The position numbers and the translations under genes are program-made. Source: Alphaproteobacteria bacterium (GTDB lineage: Bacteria; Pseudomonadota; Alphaproteobacteria; UBA8366; JADFVY01). From it: a DNA stretch of 60,860 nt. Of this stretch, positions 21,132-29,892 are shown in pieces. The notes beneath the pieces were generated by a model. The model was given only the letters and a program-made list of their open reading frames with translations. It did not search any database and was not told where the DNA came from. Position 1 is the first letter of the stretch. Each line of letters opens with the position of its first letter. Location: NCBI GenBank assembly GCA_041563955.1, contig JBFGQV010000003.1, positions 1-60,860 of the forward strand. The letters run 5' to 3'.

Positions 21132-21979
21132 GACGGTTCGATCGGCGACTCCGCATGGCCGGCCCATTCGGTCCACGAACCGTCGAACACGGGCACTTCC
21201 TTCCGGCCGACCAGGTAGAGCCCGAGCGAGACGACACAGGCGGTGACGCCGGAACCACAACTTGTGAACATCGGCTTGTCGAGCTCGACGCCCGCCGCAT
21301 CGAGCGCCGCCCGGATCGCGTCGGCCGAGGCCATCGTCTTGTCGCCGTTGAGGAACGCGGTGTAGGGCAGGCTGATCGACCCGGGTGCATGGCCGCTGCG
21401 CAGGTTCGGCCGCGGTTCAGGCTCGGTGCCGGCGAAGCGGCCGGCCGAGCGGGTGTCGATGAACTGCTCGCGACCGTTTTCGACGGCGGCCCGCACCTGG
21501 CCGTAATCGCGCACCAGAAAGGTGTTGACCCGGGCGGTGAAATGCCGCTCCTGCGGGCGCACCACGTCGTCCGTGACCGGGCGGCCCTCGGCGATCCATT
21601 TCGCCAACCCGCCGTCGAGCACCGCCACGTCGTCATGCCCGAAGACCCGGAACATCCACCAGACGCGGGCCGCGGCCGACGCGCCGGTGGTGTCGTAGAC
21701 GACGACGCGGTTCCCATCACCCAGCCCGAGACGGCCGACCTGTGCAGCGAAAGCCTCCGGCCCCGGCAACATGTGCGGCAGCGTGGAGTCGGTATCGGCG
21801 ATTTCGTCAATGTCGAAGAACACCGCGCCGGGTATGTGCTGCGCGGCATATTCCGCACGCGGATCGCGCCTGGCCTGCGGCATGTGCCAGCTGCCATCGA
21901 CGATGTGCACGTCGGGCGCCTTTAGATGCGCCGCCAGCCAGTCGGTCGAAACCAACGCTTCCGGGTTCTCATACGACAT
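21128..21979 (-). CDS. sseA: 3-mercaptopyruvate sulfurtransferase (tandem rhodanese)
   Basis: 283 aa. Two rhodanese domains and the active-site loop CGSGVTA characteristic of MST-type sulfurtransferases. Confidence 0.85.
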   Translation of the reverse strand: MSYENPEALVSTDWLAAHLKAPDVHIVDGSWHMPQARRDPRAEYAAQHIPGAVFFDIDEIADTDSTLPHMLPGPEAFAAQVGRLGLGDGNRVVVYDTTGASAAARVWWMFRVFGHDDVAVLDGGLAKWIAEGRPVTDDVVRPQERHFTARVNTFLVRDYGQVRAAVENGREQFIDTRSAGRFAGTEPEPRPNLRSGHAPGSISLPYTAFLNGDKTMASADAIRAALDAAGVELDKPMFTSCGSGVTACVVSLGLYLVGRKEVPVFDGSWTEWAGHAESPIEPS

Positions 21980-21992
21980 GAATAGTACCCTC

Positions 21993-22005
21993 TAACAATT
22001 TGTTA
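21993..22005. promoter_or_regulatory. 13-bp perfect palindrome TAACAA-T-TTGTTA in the sseA leader/promoter
   Basis: Read directly from the sequence, 14-26 nt upstream of the sseA ATG (21979). Confidence 0.3.
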
Positions 22006-22017
22006 TTGAGGCAAATA

Positions 22018-22031
22018 CTGATCTGCATCAA
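22018..22031. promoter_or_regulatory. Near-consensus FNR/CRP-type box cTGAT-CTGC-ATCAA
   Basis: 9/10 match to TTGAT-N4-ATCAA. Centred only about 45 nt upstream of the sseA ATG, which is very close for a class II activator site. Confidence 0.3.
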
Positions 22032-22172
22032 CGGTCTTCTCATCGGTGGCGCAACCTCATTCTTGGAGGCGCGGCTTGGCCGCTCTCCAGCGGAAGGCCC
22101 GCCGCTCGCGCGCTCAAGCCGAGGGGGGTTGAGGTCCATTTTGCGGAATGCGGTCGCGCCATGCCAGGCCGT

Positions 22173-22883
22173 TTACTCCTCGACCAGCACCACGTTGACG
22201 CGGCGGTTGCGCTTGCCCTTGTTCTCGATCTTGGCAACGGCGACCGACCCGATCTCGCCGGTGCGTGCGACATGTGTGCCGCCGCAGGGCTGCAGATCGG
22301 CGCCGTCGACCTCCATCAGCCGCACTCGGCCGGTGCCGCGCGGCGGCTGCACCGACATGGTGCGCACCAGCTCGGGGCTGGCGTCGAGCTCGTTGTCGGT
22401 GATCCAGCGGTGCGCCAGCGCCCGGTCCTCCGCGACCAGCCGGTTCAGCGCCTCGGTCAGCGCTGCCTTGTCGAGCACGTGCTCGCCGGTGTCGAAATCG
22501 ATGCGGCTCTTCTCGGCGCCGACCTGGGCGCCGGTGATGCGGCACGGTACCGACGCGCAGACGAGGTGCAGCAGGCTGTGCATGCGCATGTGGCGGTAGC
22601 GCCGGTCCCAGTCGATGCGGGCAGTGACCGCGGTTCCCGGGGCCGGTGGCGTCGTATCTTCCGCAATCACGTGGACGATGTCGGCGTCGTGGTCCTTTAT
22701 GGTGTCCAGAACGGCGACCTCCGTGCCGTCCGCCAGAGCGAGAACGCCGGTATCGCCAGGCTGGCCGCCCCCGGTGGGATAGAACACCGTGCGGTCGAGG
22801 CCGACGCGGCCGGGCGCCGATTTGGTCACCGTCGCGTTGCATTCCTTCAGGTACGAGTCCTCGCGGAACAGCTCCTCGGTCAT
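22173..22883 (-). CDS. alaX: Alanyl-tRNA editing protein (AlaX-type, stand-alone editing domain)
   Basis: 236 aa. Zinc-binding editing motifs HSLLHL and CGGTHV, as in the ThrRS/AlaRS second additional domain. Confidence 0.8.
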   Translation of the reverse strand: MTEELFREDSYLKECNATVTKSAPGRVGLDRTVFYPTGGGQPGDTGVLALADGTEVAVLDTIKDHDADIVHVIAEDTTPPAPGTAVTARIDWDRRYRHMRMHSLLHLVCASVPCRITGAQVGAEKSRIDFDTGEHVLDKAALTEALNRLVAEDRALAHRWITDNELDASPELVRTMSVQPPRGTGRVRLMEVDGADLQPCGGTHVARTGEIGSVAVAKIENKGKRNRRVNVVLVEE

Positions 22884-22893
22884 CGCTGCGCCC

Positions 22894-23895
22894 TCATTCC
22901 ATCCATTCCGGCCACGGCAGGTCCTTCGAGCGCAGGAATTCGGGGTTGAACAGCTTCGACATGTAGCGCTGCCCGGAGTCGCACAGCAGCGTGACGATGG
23001 TGTGACCCGGGCCCATGTGTCTGGCGAGTCGGATCGCGCCGGCGACGTTGATGCCGCTGGAGCCGCCGAGGCACAGCCCCTCGTGCTGCAGCAGGTCGAA
23101 GACCACGGGCAGCGCCTCGGAATCGGGGATCTGGAACGGCACGTCGACGATCACGTCCTCGAGATTGGCCGTCACCCGCCCCTGGCCGATGCCCTCGGTG
23201 ATCGAGTCGCCCTCCGCCTTCAGCTCGCCGTGGTCGTACCAGTTGTACAGGGCCGCACCCATCGGGTCGGCGATGGCGATGACGACGTCCTTGTTGCGCT
23301 CTTTGAGGGCCATCGACACGCCGCCCAGCGTGCCGCCGGTGCCGACGGCGCAGACGAAGCCGTCGACCGTGCCGTCCGTCTGGTTCCAAATCTCCGGCCC
23401 GGTGGTGCGGTAATGGCCGTCCCGGTTGGCGACATTGTCGAACTGGTTGGCCCAGATGGCGCCGTTCGGCTCGGTCTCCGCCAACTCGGCGGCGAGCCGG
23501 CCGGACACCTTGACGTAGTTGTTCGGATTTTTGTAGGGCACCGCCGGGACCTCTCGCAGCTCCGCCCCGGCGAGCCGGATCATGTCCTTCTTTTCCTGGG
23601 TCTGGGTCTCCGGGATGACGATGACCGTGCGATACCCGCGCGCATTGCCGACGAGCGCGAGCCCAATGCCGGTGTTGCCCGCGGTGCCCTCGACGATCAC
23701 GCCGCCGCGGCGCAGCTTGCCGCGCCGCTCGGCGTCCTCGATGATGGCCAGCGCGGCGCGGTCCTTGACCGAGCCGCCGGGGTTGAGGAACTCCGCCTTG
23801 CCGAGGATCGTGCAGCCGGTCAGCTCCGAGGCCTGGTGGAGCTTGATCAGCGGCGTGTTGCCGATGGTGTCGGTGAATCCGTCGCGAATGTCCAT
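22894..23895 (-). CDS. cysK: Cysteine synthase family PLP enzyme (O-acetylserine sulfhydrylase-like)
   Basis: 333 aa. IGNTPLIKL, NPGGSVKDRAAL (PLP lysine) and GTAGNTGIGLA motifs. Confidence 0.8.
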   Translation of the reverse strand: MDIRDGFTDTIGNTPLIKLHQASELTGCTILGKAEFLNPGGSVKDRAALAIIEDAERRGKLRRGGVIVEGTAGNTGIGLALVGNARGYRTVIVIPETQTQEKKDMIRLAGAELREVPAVPYKNPNNYVKVSGRLAAELAETEPNGAIWANQFDNVANRDGHYRTTGPEIWNQTDGTVDGFVCAVGTGGTLGGVSMALKERNKDVVIAIADPMGAALYNWYDHGELKAEGDSITEGIGQGRVTANLEDVIVDVPFQIPDSEALPVVFDLLQHEGLCLGGSSGINVAGAIRLARHMGPGHTIVTLLCDSGQRYMSKLFNPEFLRSKDLPWPEWME

Positions 23896-24030
23896 GAGTG
23901 CCGCGTTGTTCTTGTGAAAGGCCCGCCCCGGGGCAGGAAACTAGACCGCAAGGGGGGCCGAATCAAGCGCGGCCGGCGGCCTGTCCGATGCGCGGCACGG
24001 CGGCGAGGATCAGCGGCGCGGCCCGAACGC

Positions 24031-24057
24031 AAAACGGCGGCTCGCGATCGAGCCGCC
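24031..24057 (-). terminator. Rho-independent terminator after the DUF2892 gene (minus strand)
   Basis: Perfect 9-bp stem GGCGGCTCG / CGAGCCGCC with a 4-nt loop. On the minus strand it is followed by GTTTT. Confidence 0.55.
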
Positions 24058-24116
24058 GCCTGCAATTCCGGGCGCCGCTTGCGGGGCGCGCCCGGTCTGC
24101 CTTCAGCGAATGCGGG

Positions 24117-24317
24117 TCAGGCCTGCTTGACCTTGCAGGTCTTGAGGCCGAACGGCAGGTAGGCCGGGCACCAGCCGATCAGGCCCGTGGCCAGCGGCAC
24201 GACGCCGATCCAGCCCCAGACGGCCAGCTCGTGGCTGCTGATGACGGCGAAGGCGATCGCGGCGAGGCCGACAAGGATGCGAAGGATGCGGTCGATGCCG
24301 CCAACGTTCTGAGTCAT
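24117..24317 (-). CDS. DUF2892 (YgaP C-terminal-like) small membrane protein
   Basis: 66 aa. GGIDRILRILVGLAAIAF...GVVPLATGLIGWCPAYLPFG pattern typical of DUF2892. Confidence 0.7.
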   Translation of the reverse strand: MTQNVGGIDRILRILVGLAAIAFAVISSHELAVWGWIGVVPLATGLIGWCPAYLPFGLKTCKVKQA

Positions 24318-24460
24318 GGGTCGTCCCTTTCGTGTTGTCTTGCGGCCTTTTGAGGGCCGCTGTGTTGCGAATTACGGGGCCGAGCATAGGGAAGGGCGGC
24401 GGGCCGCTCCGTGACTTACTCACAAAGCCGAAGATTTTTTTGAAATTGTCGGAATCCGCC

Positions 24461-25147
24461 TCAGGCAGCGGCGCCGAGGGCCTGCAGCGCCGCCCGATCG
24501 GTCACCGTGATGCGGCCCCGCGACAGGGTGACGAGGCCCTTGCGCTCGAATTCCTTGAGCTGTCGGCTGACCACTTCGCGCGCGGTGCCGAGCTCGACGG
24601 CGACGGCCTGGTGGGTGGCGTCGAGGGTGCCGCCGGCGCCGGCATGCTCGACGAGGAACCGCGCAAGGCGCAGGTCGATCCGCCCGAAGGCGACCTCCTC
24701 GACGAGCAGCATGAGGTCGGCGATCCGCGAGCCGTAGGTCATGAAGACGAAGTCGCGCAGGACCGTCGAGCGGCCCAGCAACTCGCGGAAGGTGCCGGCC
24801 GGAATGGCGACCGCCCGCACGGCGCTCTCGGTCACGCCCTCCGCGGAATACGCCTCGTGCGCCAGCAGGCAGGCGGTGGTCAGCACGCAGGTCTCGCCGG
24901 GGTCGACCCGGTAGAGGACGATCTCCCGGCCCGACTCCGCGGTCATCTGCACCCGAACCGAGCCGTCGAGCACCAGCAGATAGCTCTGGCACTCGTCGCC
25001 GCCGCGGAACACCGTCTCGCCCTCCGGCAGCGAGACGATGTGCGAGCGCGCCTCGAGGGTCCTGCGGGCCTCGGGCTCCAGCTTCGCGAGGGCGGGGAAG
25101 CGGGCGATCCAGGTCTCGTTCATGTGGCGACTCGGCTCCTGCGACAC
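24461..25147 (-). CDS. Crp/Fnr-family transcriptional regulator
   Basis: 228 aa. N-terminal cNMP-binding-like beta-roll and C-terminal HTH (HQAVAVELGTAREVVSRQLKEFERKG). I cannot see an N-terminal Cys cluster, so it is closer to FixK/Crp type than to FNR proper. Confidence 0.85.
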   Translation of the reverse strand: MSQEPSRHMNETWIARFPALAKLEPEARRTLEARSHIVSLPEGETVFRGGDECQSYLLVLDGSVRVQMTAESGREIVLYRVDPGETCVLTTACLLAHEAYSAEGVTESAVRAVAIPAGTFRELLGRSTVLRDFVFMTYGSRIADLMLLVEEVAFGRIDLRLARFLVEHAGAGGTLDATHQAVAVELGTAREVVSRQLKEFERKGLVTLSRGRITVTDRAALQALGAAA

Positions 25148-25206
25148 CGTGCCACGATAGTCACCGCCATGAGGCGGGTAAAGTGAGGTTGGCGGAGGGC
25201 CGTTCC

Positions 25207-25262
25207 GAAACCCGCGGAAAACCCTAACGCATGGGCTCGTTCCGCGCGTCCGGCCGCGGGCC
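25207..25262 (-). repeat. Copy 1 of an approximately 55-nt intergenic repeat (42-nt core shared 41/42 with 55878-55919, inverted)
   Basis: Core gaaacccgcggaaaaccctaacgcatgggctcgttccgcgcg (25207-25248) equals the reverse complement of 55878-55919 with one mismatch. GC-rich palindromic flank. It lies 60 nt upstream of the Crp/Fnr start, in the same orientation relative to the downstream gene as copy 2. Confidence 0.8.
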
Positions 25263-25267
25263 AGGCG

Positions 25268-26680
25268 TCAGTTGCCGGCCGCCTCGCGCGCGGTGGTGAG
25301 GTCGCGGTGGATCGCCTCGGCGGCGTTCTTGCCCGCGCCCGCGGCAAGGATCACCGTGGCGGCGCCGGTGACGACATCGCCGCCGGCATAGATGCGGGCC
25401 CGGCTCGTGCGGCCATCCTTCTCGTCGGCGACGAGGCAGCCCCATTTGTCGGTCTCCAGCCCGGTGGTGCTGCTCAGCAGCAGCGGGTTGGGGGTGGTGC
25501 CGATCGACAGAACCACGTTGTCGACCGGCAGCACGAACTCGCTGCCCGCCACCGGCACCGGCCGCGCGCGGCCCGACTCGTCCGGCTCGCCGAGCTCCAT
25601 GACCTGGCATCTGAGGCCGGTGACCCAGCCCTCATTGTTGCCCAGCACCTCGATCGGGTTGGTCAGCCAGTGGAACTCGACGCCCTCCTCGATGGCGTGG
25701 TGGTACTCCTCGATGCGGGCGGTCATCTCCGCCTCGCTGCGGCGGTACACGATCAGACCCTGCTCGGCACCCATGCGCAGGGCCGAGCGCACGGTGTCCA
25801 TCGCCGTATTGCCGGCACCGATCACGGCGACCCGCGTGCCGACCTTCATCGGCGTGTCGGAGGTCGGGAACTCATAGGCCCGCATCAGGTTGATGCGGGT
25901 CAGGAACTCGTTGGCCGAGAACACGCCGTTGAGGTTCTCGCCGGGGATGCCGAGGAATTTGGGCAGCCCGGCCCCGGTGCCGATGAAGATCGCCGAGAAC
26001 CCCATGTTCTCGAGCAGGTCGTCGAGGGCGATGGTCTTGCCGACGATGACGTTGGTGACGATCTCGACGCCGCGCTGCCTGAGCACGTCGATCTCCCAGT
26101 CGAGGACGGTGTTGGGCAGGCGGAATTCCGGAATGCCGTAGCGCAGCACCCCGCCGGCCGCGTGCAGCGCCTCGAACACGGTCACATGATAGCCCATGTC
26201 GGCGAGTTGGCCGGCGCACACCAGCCCGGCCGGACCCGAGCCGACCACCGCGATCTTCTCGTCGCGCCACGGCTGACGGGCGCTGCCATTGGCCGGTTGG
26301 CCGCGTTCCCAGTCGGCGACGAACCGCTCGAGATGGCCGATGGCGGCGGCGTTGAAGCGGCTGTTCATGTGACAGCGCTCCTCGCACTGGCTCTCCTGCG
26401 GGCAGACCCGGCCGCAGATCGCGGGCAGCGGGTTGGCGCTGCGCAGGATCGAGGCGGCCTCGGCGACGTCGCCCTTGGCGATGGCGTGGATGAAATCCGG
26501 GATCGGGATGCGCACCGGGCAGCCCTCGACGCAGATCGCATCCTGGCAGCGCAGGCAGCGTTCGGCCTCGAACATGGCCCGCTGCAGATCGTAGCCCTCG
26601 TTGACTTCGAGGAAGTCGTGCGCGCGGACACCGGGCTCGCGCTGCGCCATCGGCGTCTTGTCGGTTCGTTTGACCGGCAT
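25268..26680 (-). CDS. NfnB/GltD-like NAD(P)H-dependent FAD oxidoreductase with N-terminal 2x[4Fe-4S] region
   Basis: 470 aa. CLRCQDAICVEGCP cluster motif, two dinucleotide folds (VAVVGSGPAGL, VAVIGAGNTAMD), and a glutamate synthase small-chain/NfnB/SudA architecture. Confidence 0.8.
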   Translation of the reverse strand: MPVKRTDKTPMAQREPGVRAHDFLEVNEGYDLQRAMFEAERCLRCQDAICVEGCPVRIPIPDFIHAIAKGDVAEAASILRSANPLPAICGRVCPQESQCEERCHMNSRFNAAAIGHLERFVADWERGQPANGSARQPWRDEKIAVVGSGPAGLVCAGQLADMGYHVTVFEALHAAGGVLRYGIPEFRLPNTVLDWEIDVLRQRGVEIVTNVIVGKTIALDDLLENMGFSAIFIGTGAGLPKFLGIPGENLNGVFSANEFLTRINLMRAYEFPTSDTPMKVGTRVAVIGAGNTAMDTVRSALRMGAEQGLIVYRRSEAEMTARIEEYHHAIEEGVEFHWLTNPIEVLGNNEGWVTGLRCQVMELGEPDESGRARPVPVAGSEFVLPVDNVVLSIGTTPNPLLLSSTTGLETDKWGCLVADEKDGRTSRARIYAGGDVVTGAATVILAAGAGKNAAEAIHRDLTTAREAAGN

Positions 26681-27534
26681 CAGGCTGCTCCCGCCGCGCG
26701 CTGGCAGGCGGTCGCCTGCCGCTCAGCGGCCTCCTGTTCGAGTTCGACGTACATCTTGTTGCGCCGGACCGCCTCGGCGAAATCCACCGCGTGGGCGTTG
26801 AAAAACGGGCCGTCGACGCAGGCGAACTTGACCTCGTTGCCGACGGTCACGCGGCAGCCGCCGCACATGCCGGTGCCGTCGATCATCAGGGGATCCATCG
26901 ACACCAGGGTCTGGATGCCGGCGGCGCCTGTGGTGTCGGCAACGGCGCGCATCATCGGCATCGGGCCGATCGCGATCACGCGGTCCGGCCGTCCCGGACC
27001 GTCGCCGTCGATCAGCTGCTGCAGGCGTTCGGTGACGAACCCCTTGAACCCGGCCGAGCCGTCATCGGTGCACAGCTCGACATCGCCGCAGACGGCGCGC
27101 AGCTCGTCGGTCAGGATCAGCAGGTCCTTTTCGCGCGCGCCGACGATGGCCGTCGTCCGGTCGCCGCGCTCGGTCAACTCGCGCATCAGGCACAGCAGCG
27201 CCGCCGCGCCGAAACCGCCGCCGACGCCGACGACATGGCCGCCGGCGGGAATCTCGGGCGCACTGCCGAGCGGGCCGACCAGGTCGAGGATCTCGTCGCC
27301 CTCGTCCAGCGCCGACAGCATGCGCGTTGTGACGCCCACCGCCTGGACCACGATCGTCAGCTCGCCTCGGGCGGCGTCATAGTCGGCGATGGTCAGCGGG
27401 ATGCGCTCGCCGTTCTCGTGAACGCGCAGGATGACGAACTGGCCCGGCCGCGCCGCCGCGGCGATCATCGGCGCATCGACGACGAACAGGGTGGTGACCG
27501 GGGTCAGCGGACGTTTCCCGAGGATCCGTGCCAT
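26680..27534 (-). CDS. NfnA/SudB/PyrK-like FAD/NAD-binding ferredoxin reductase subunit with C-terminal [2Fe-2S]
   Basis: 284 aa. RPGQFVILRV...ERIPLTIAD FAD-binding beta-barrel and the CGGCRV...FACVDGP cluster motif. 1-nt overlap with the next gene. Confidence 0.8.
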   Translation of the reverse strand: MARILGKRPLTPVTTLFVVDAPMIAAAARPGQFVILRVHENGERIPLTIADYDAARGELTIVVQAVGVTTRMLSALDEGDEILDLVGPLGSAPEIPAGGHVVGVGGGFGAAALLCLMRELTERGDRTTAIVGAREKDLLILTDELRAVCGDVELCTDDGSAGFKGFVTERLQQLIDGDGPGRPDRVIAIGPMPMMRAVADTTGAAGIQTLVSMDPLMIDGTGMCGGCRVTVGNEVKFACVDGPFFNAHAVDFAEAVRRNKMYVELEQEAAERQATACQRAAGAA

Positions 27535-27537
27535 CGC

Positions 27538-29892
27538 TTACAACCCTTCCTGCCCATGCATCAGCTTCAGGCGCCGCCAGCGCCGTTCGACCTCTTTCTC
27601 GATGGCCGCAAGCCGGTCCGCGTTGTCGGGCGCAAGCAGGTGCCTCGTCTTGCCCATCAGCCCGAGCCAGTCGGCGACCGGCCGGCGGCGACCGATGACG
27701 TCCGGGTCGTAGGTCAGCGTAGTGTTGCCCTTCTCCACCTCGTAGAGGGGGAAGAAACAGGAATCGAGGGCGGTTTGGAGCACCTCCTCGGCGGCATCGT
27801 CGGTGGTCCGCCAGTTGAGCGGGCAGAACGACAGCACCTTGCCGTAGACCATGCCCTCGTGCCTGGCGTACCACTGCGCCTTGGCGACCTTGCGCATGAA
27901 GTCCTCGGGGTAGCCCTCGCTGGCGGTGAACACGTACGGCAGGTGGCAAGCGGCGAAGATCTGCGCCGTGTCCTTGTGGTGGAAGGCCTTGCCGACCCGG
28001 GCCTCGCCGACTTCGCTGGTCGCCGTGCGATGGCCCATCGGCGTCGCGTAGGACAGCTGCGCGCCGGTGTTCATGTAGCCCTGGTTGTCATATTCCAGGA
28101 TGATCATGCGGTGATTGCGGTTGGCCGCGCCAAGCGCCGGCCCCATGCCGATATCCATGCCGCCGTCGCCGGTGACCATCATGAAGGTGATGTCGGGCGA
28201 TCCGGGCAGCTCGCCGCGCCGCATCCGCTCCAGATACATCTCGACCAGCCCCGACATCGTCGCGGCGCCGTTCTGGAACAGGTTGTGGATATAGGTGATG
28301 CGGTGCGCCGTGTGCGGATAGCCGGTGGTCACCACCATCGCGCAGCCGGTCTGGAACAGGACCACGAGATCGCCCTCGAGGACGCTGTAGGCCTGGTGCA
28401 GGACCGGGAAGATGCCGCAGCCCGGGCAGCCGCCATGGCCGGGCGCGACGCGGCACGGCACCGCGGTCATCGCCCACAGCGGTTCCAGCTCCACCTTGAG
28501 ACGCCCGCTCTCGGGATCCTCGGCGACCTTGGCCATGCCGCGCGAGACCTCCTCCGTGGTGATCGGCGGGAGGCCGGCCAGCGGCTTGGCCGCCGGGTCG
28601 CCGGCATAGGTGCCGTGATAGGCGAAGGGCGTGTCCACCGAGCCCTTGGCGGCGGCTTCGAGCACCTCCGCAAAGAACTCTTCGGCGTCGGCGTCGTAGA
28701 AGTCGCGACCGCCAAGACCGTAAATGCGGTTGAGCACCAGGGTGCGATTGTCGGGATCCTGCTGCAGCGCGGCGCGGACCTCAAGGGCGAGATTGCCGTT
28801 GCCGGCGCCGTAGGAATCGCCCCGGTCGCCGACCAGCACGGCGCGCACGTTGCCGAGGAGATCGCGGATCTCGTCACCCGGGAACGGGCGCAGCATGTTG
28901 AGCGAGACGACACCGATCCGCTGCCCCTGGTCGCGCAGCCGGTCGGCGACCTCCTTGGCGGTCTCCGCGGCGGAGTTGAGCAGCACCACCGCCGCCTCGG
29001 CATCCTCCATGCGGTAGGCGTCGATGAGCGGGTAGTCGCGGCCGGTCAACTCCGCCAGCTCAGCGAGGACCTCGGGGATGACCCGGCGGGCGGCCTCCAT
29101 CGCCTCGGTCAGCTGCATCTTGTTGTTGATCAGGTCGGGATCGTTCATGTAGGGCCCGAACGTTGCCGGCCGCGTCGGATCGAGCGCAGTGATCGGGACG
29201 TCGGCCGTGCCGAGGAAGTCCCGGACTGCCGCGGCATCGTCGAAGACCTCGAGCCGGCGCTTCTGATGGCTGGTGAAGAAACCGTCATAGGCGACCAGCA
29301 CGGGCAGCCGCACATCCTTGTGCTCGCCGATGCGGATCGCGGCGAAATTGAGGTCGTAGACCGCCTGCGGATCGCGGGCGAGCAGGATGATCCAGCCGGT
29401 ATTGAGGACGAAGTAGAGATCGGAATGGTCGCAGCGGATGTCGAGCGGTCCCGACACCGCGCGCGTCGCGACATTGAGCACCATCGGCACCCGCGTGCCG
29501 GCCTGCACCGGCAGCTGCTCCAGCGCGTACAGCAGACCCTGCGATGAGGTCACGTTGAGCACCCGGCCGCCGCCCAGCGCGGCACCGTAGCAGATGCCGG
29601 CGGCGCCGTGCTCGCCGTCGCCGGGAACCATGGAAATCTCATGGGCGCCTTCGGCCTGCATCTCAGAAAGCGTCTCGGCCACCTCGGTCGACGGCGTGAT
29701 CGGGAAATAGCCCATCAGATGGAAGCCGATGTCGCGGGCGGCCATTGCCGCAGCCTCGTTGCCGTTGCGGAACTCGGCACGTTGCGCAACGAGGCTCCGC
29801 GGGTGTGGGTGCGAAGCCTTGCCGCCGGATTGAATCGCGTCCGCCGGCGTCTCGCTCACGTTGGGCGTCACGGGTGCATCCATTCTAGACAT
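27538..29892 (-). CDS. 2-oxoacid:ferredoxin oxidoreductase, fused alpha-beta subunit (TPP-binding)
   Basis: 784 aa. N-terminal PorA/KorA-like domains (GYFPITPSTEV, GAAGICYGAALGG). C-terminal beta-type TPP domain (CPGCG; VTGDGGMDIGMG...EYDNQGYMNTG). Confidence 0.85.
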   Translation of the reverse strand: MSRMDAPVTPNVSETPADAIQSGGKASHPHPRSLVAQRAEFRNGNEAAAMAARDIGFHLMGYFPITPSTEVAETLSEMQAEGAHEISMVPGDGEHGAAGICYGAALGGGRVLNVTSSQGLLYALEQLPVQAGTRVPMVLNVATRAVSGPLDIRCDHSDLYFVLNTGWIILLARDPQAVYDLNFAAIRIGEHKDVRLPVLVAYDGFFTSHQKRRLEVFDDAAAVRDFLGTADVPITALDPTRPATFGPYMNDPDLINNKMQLTEAMEAARRVIPEVLAELAELTGRDYPLIDAYRMEDAEAAVVLLNSAAETAKEVADRLRDQGQRIGVVSLNMLRPFPGDEIRDLLGNVRAVLVGDRGDSYGAGNGNLALEVRAALQQDPDNRTLVLNRIYGLGGRDFYDADAEEFFAEVLEAAAKGSVDTPFAYHGTYAGDPAAKPLAGLPPITTEEVSRGMAKVAEDPESGRLKVELEPLWAMTAVPCRVAPGHGGCPGCGIFPVLHQAYSVLEGDLVVLFQTGCAMVVTTGYPHTAHRITYIHNLFQNGAATMSGLVEMYLERMRRGELPGSPDITFMMVTGDGGMDIGMGPALGAANRNHRMIILEYDNQGYMNTGAQLSYATPMGHRTATSEVGEARVGKAFHHKDTAQIFAACHLPYVFTASEGYPEDFMRKVAKAQWYARHEGMVYGKVLSFCPLNWRTTDDAAEEVLQTALDSCFFPLYEVEKGNTTLTYDPDVIGRRRPVADWLGLMGKTRHLLAPDNADRLAAIEKEVERRWRRLKLMHGQEGL

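Noticed and set aside
25148-25170. TGGCAC element upstream of the Crp/Fnr gene as a second sigma-54 promoter (minus strand TGGCACggtgtcGCAgg)
   Set aside because: The GG-to-GC spacing is one nucleotide short of the strict -24/-12 geometry. The predicted TSS would also fall downstream of the AGGAG ribosome-binding site, a few nt before the ATG.
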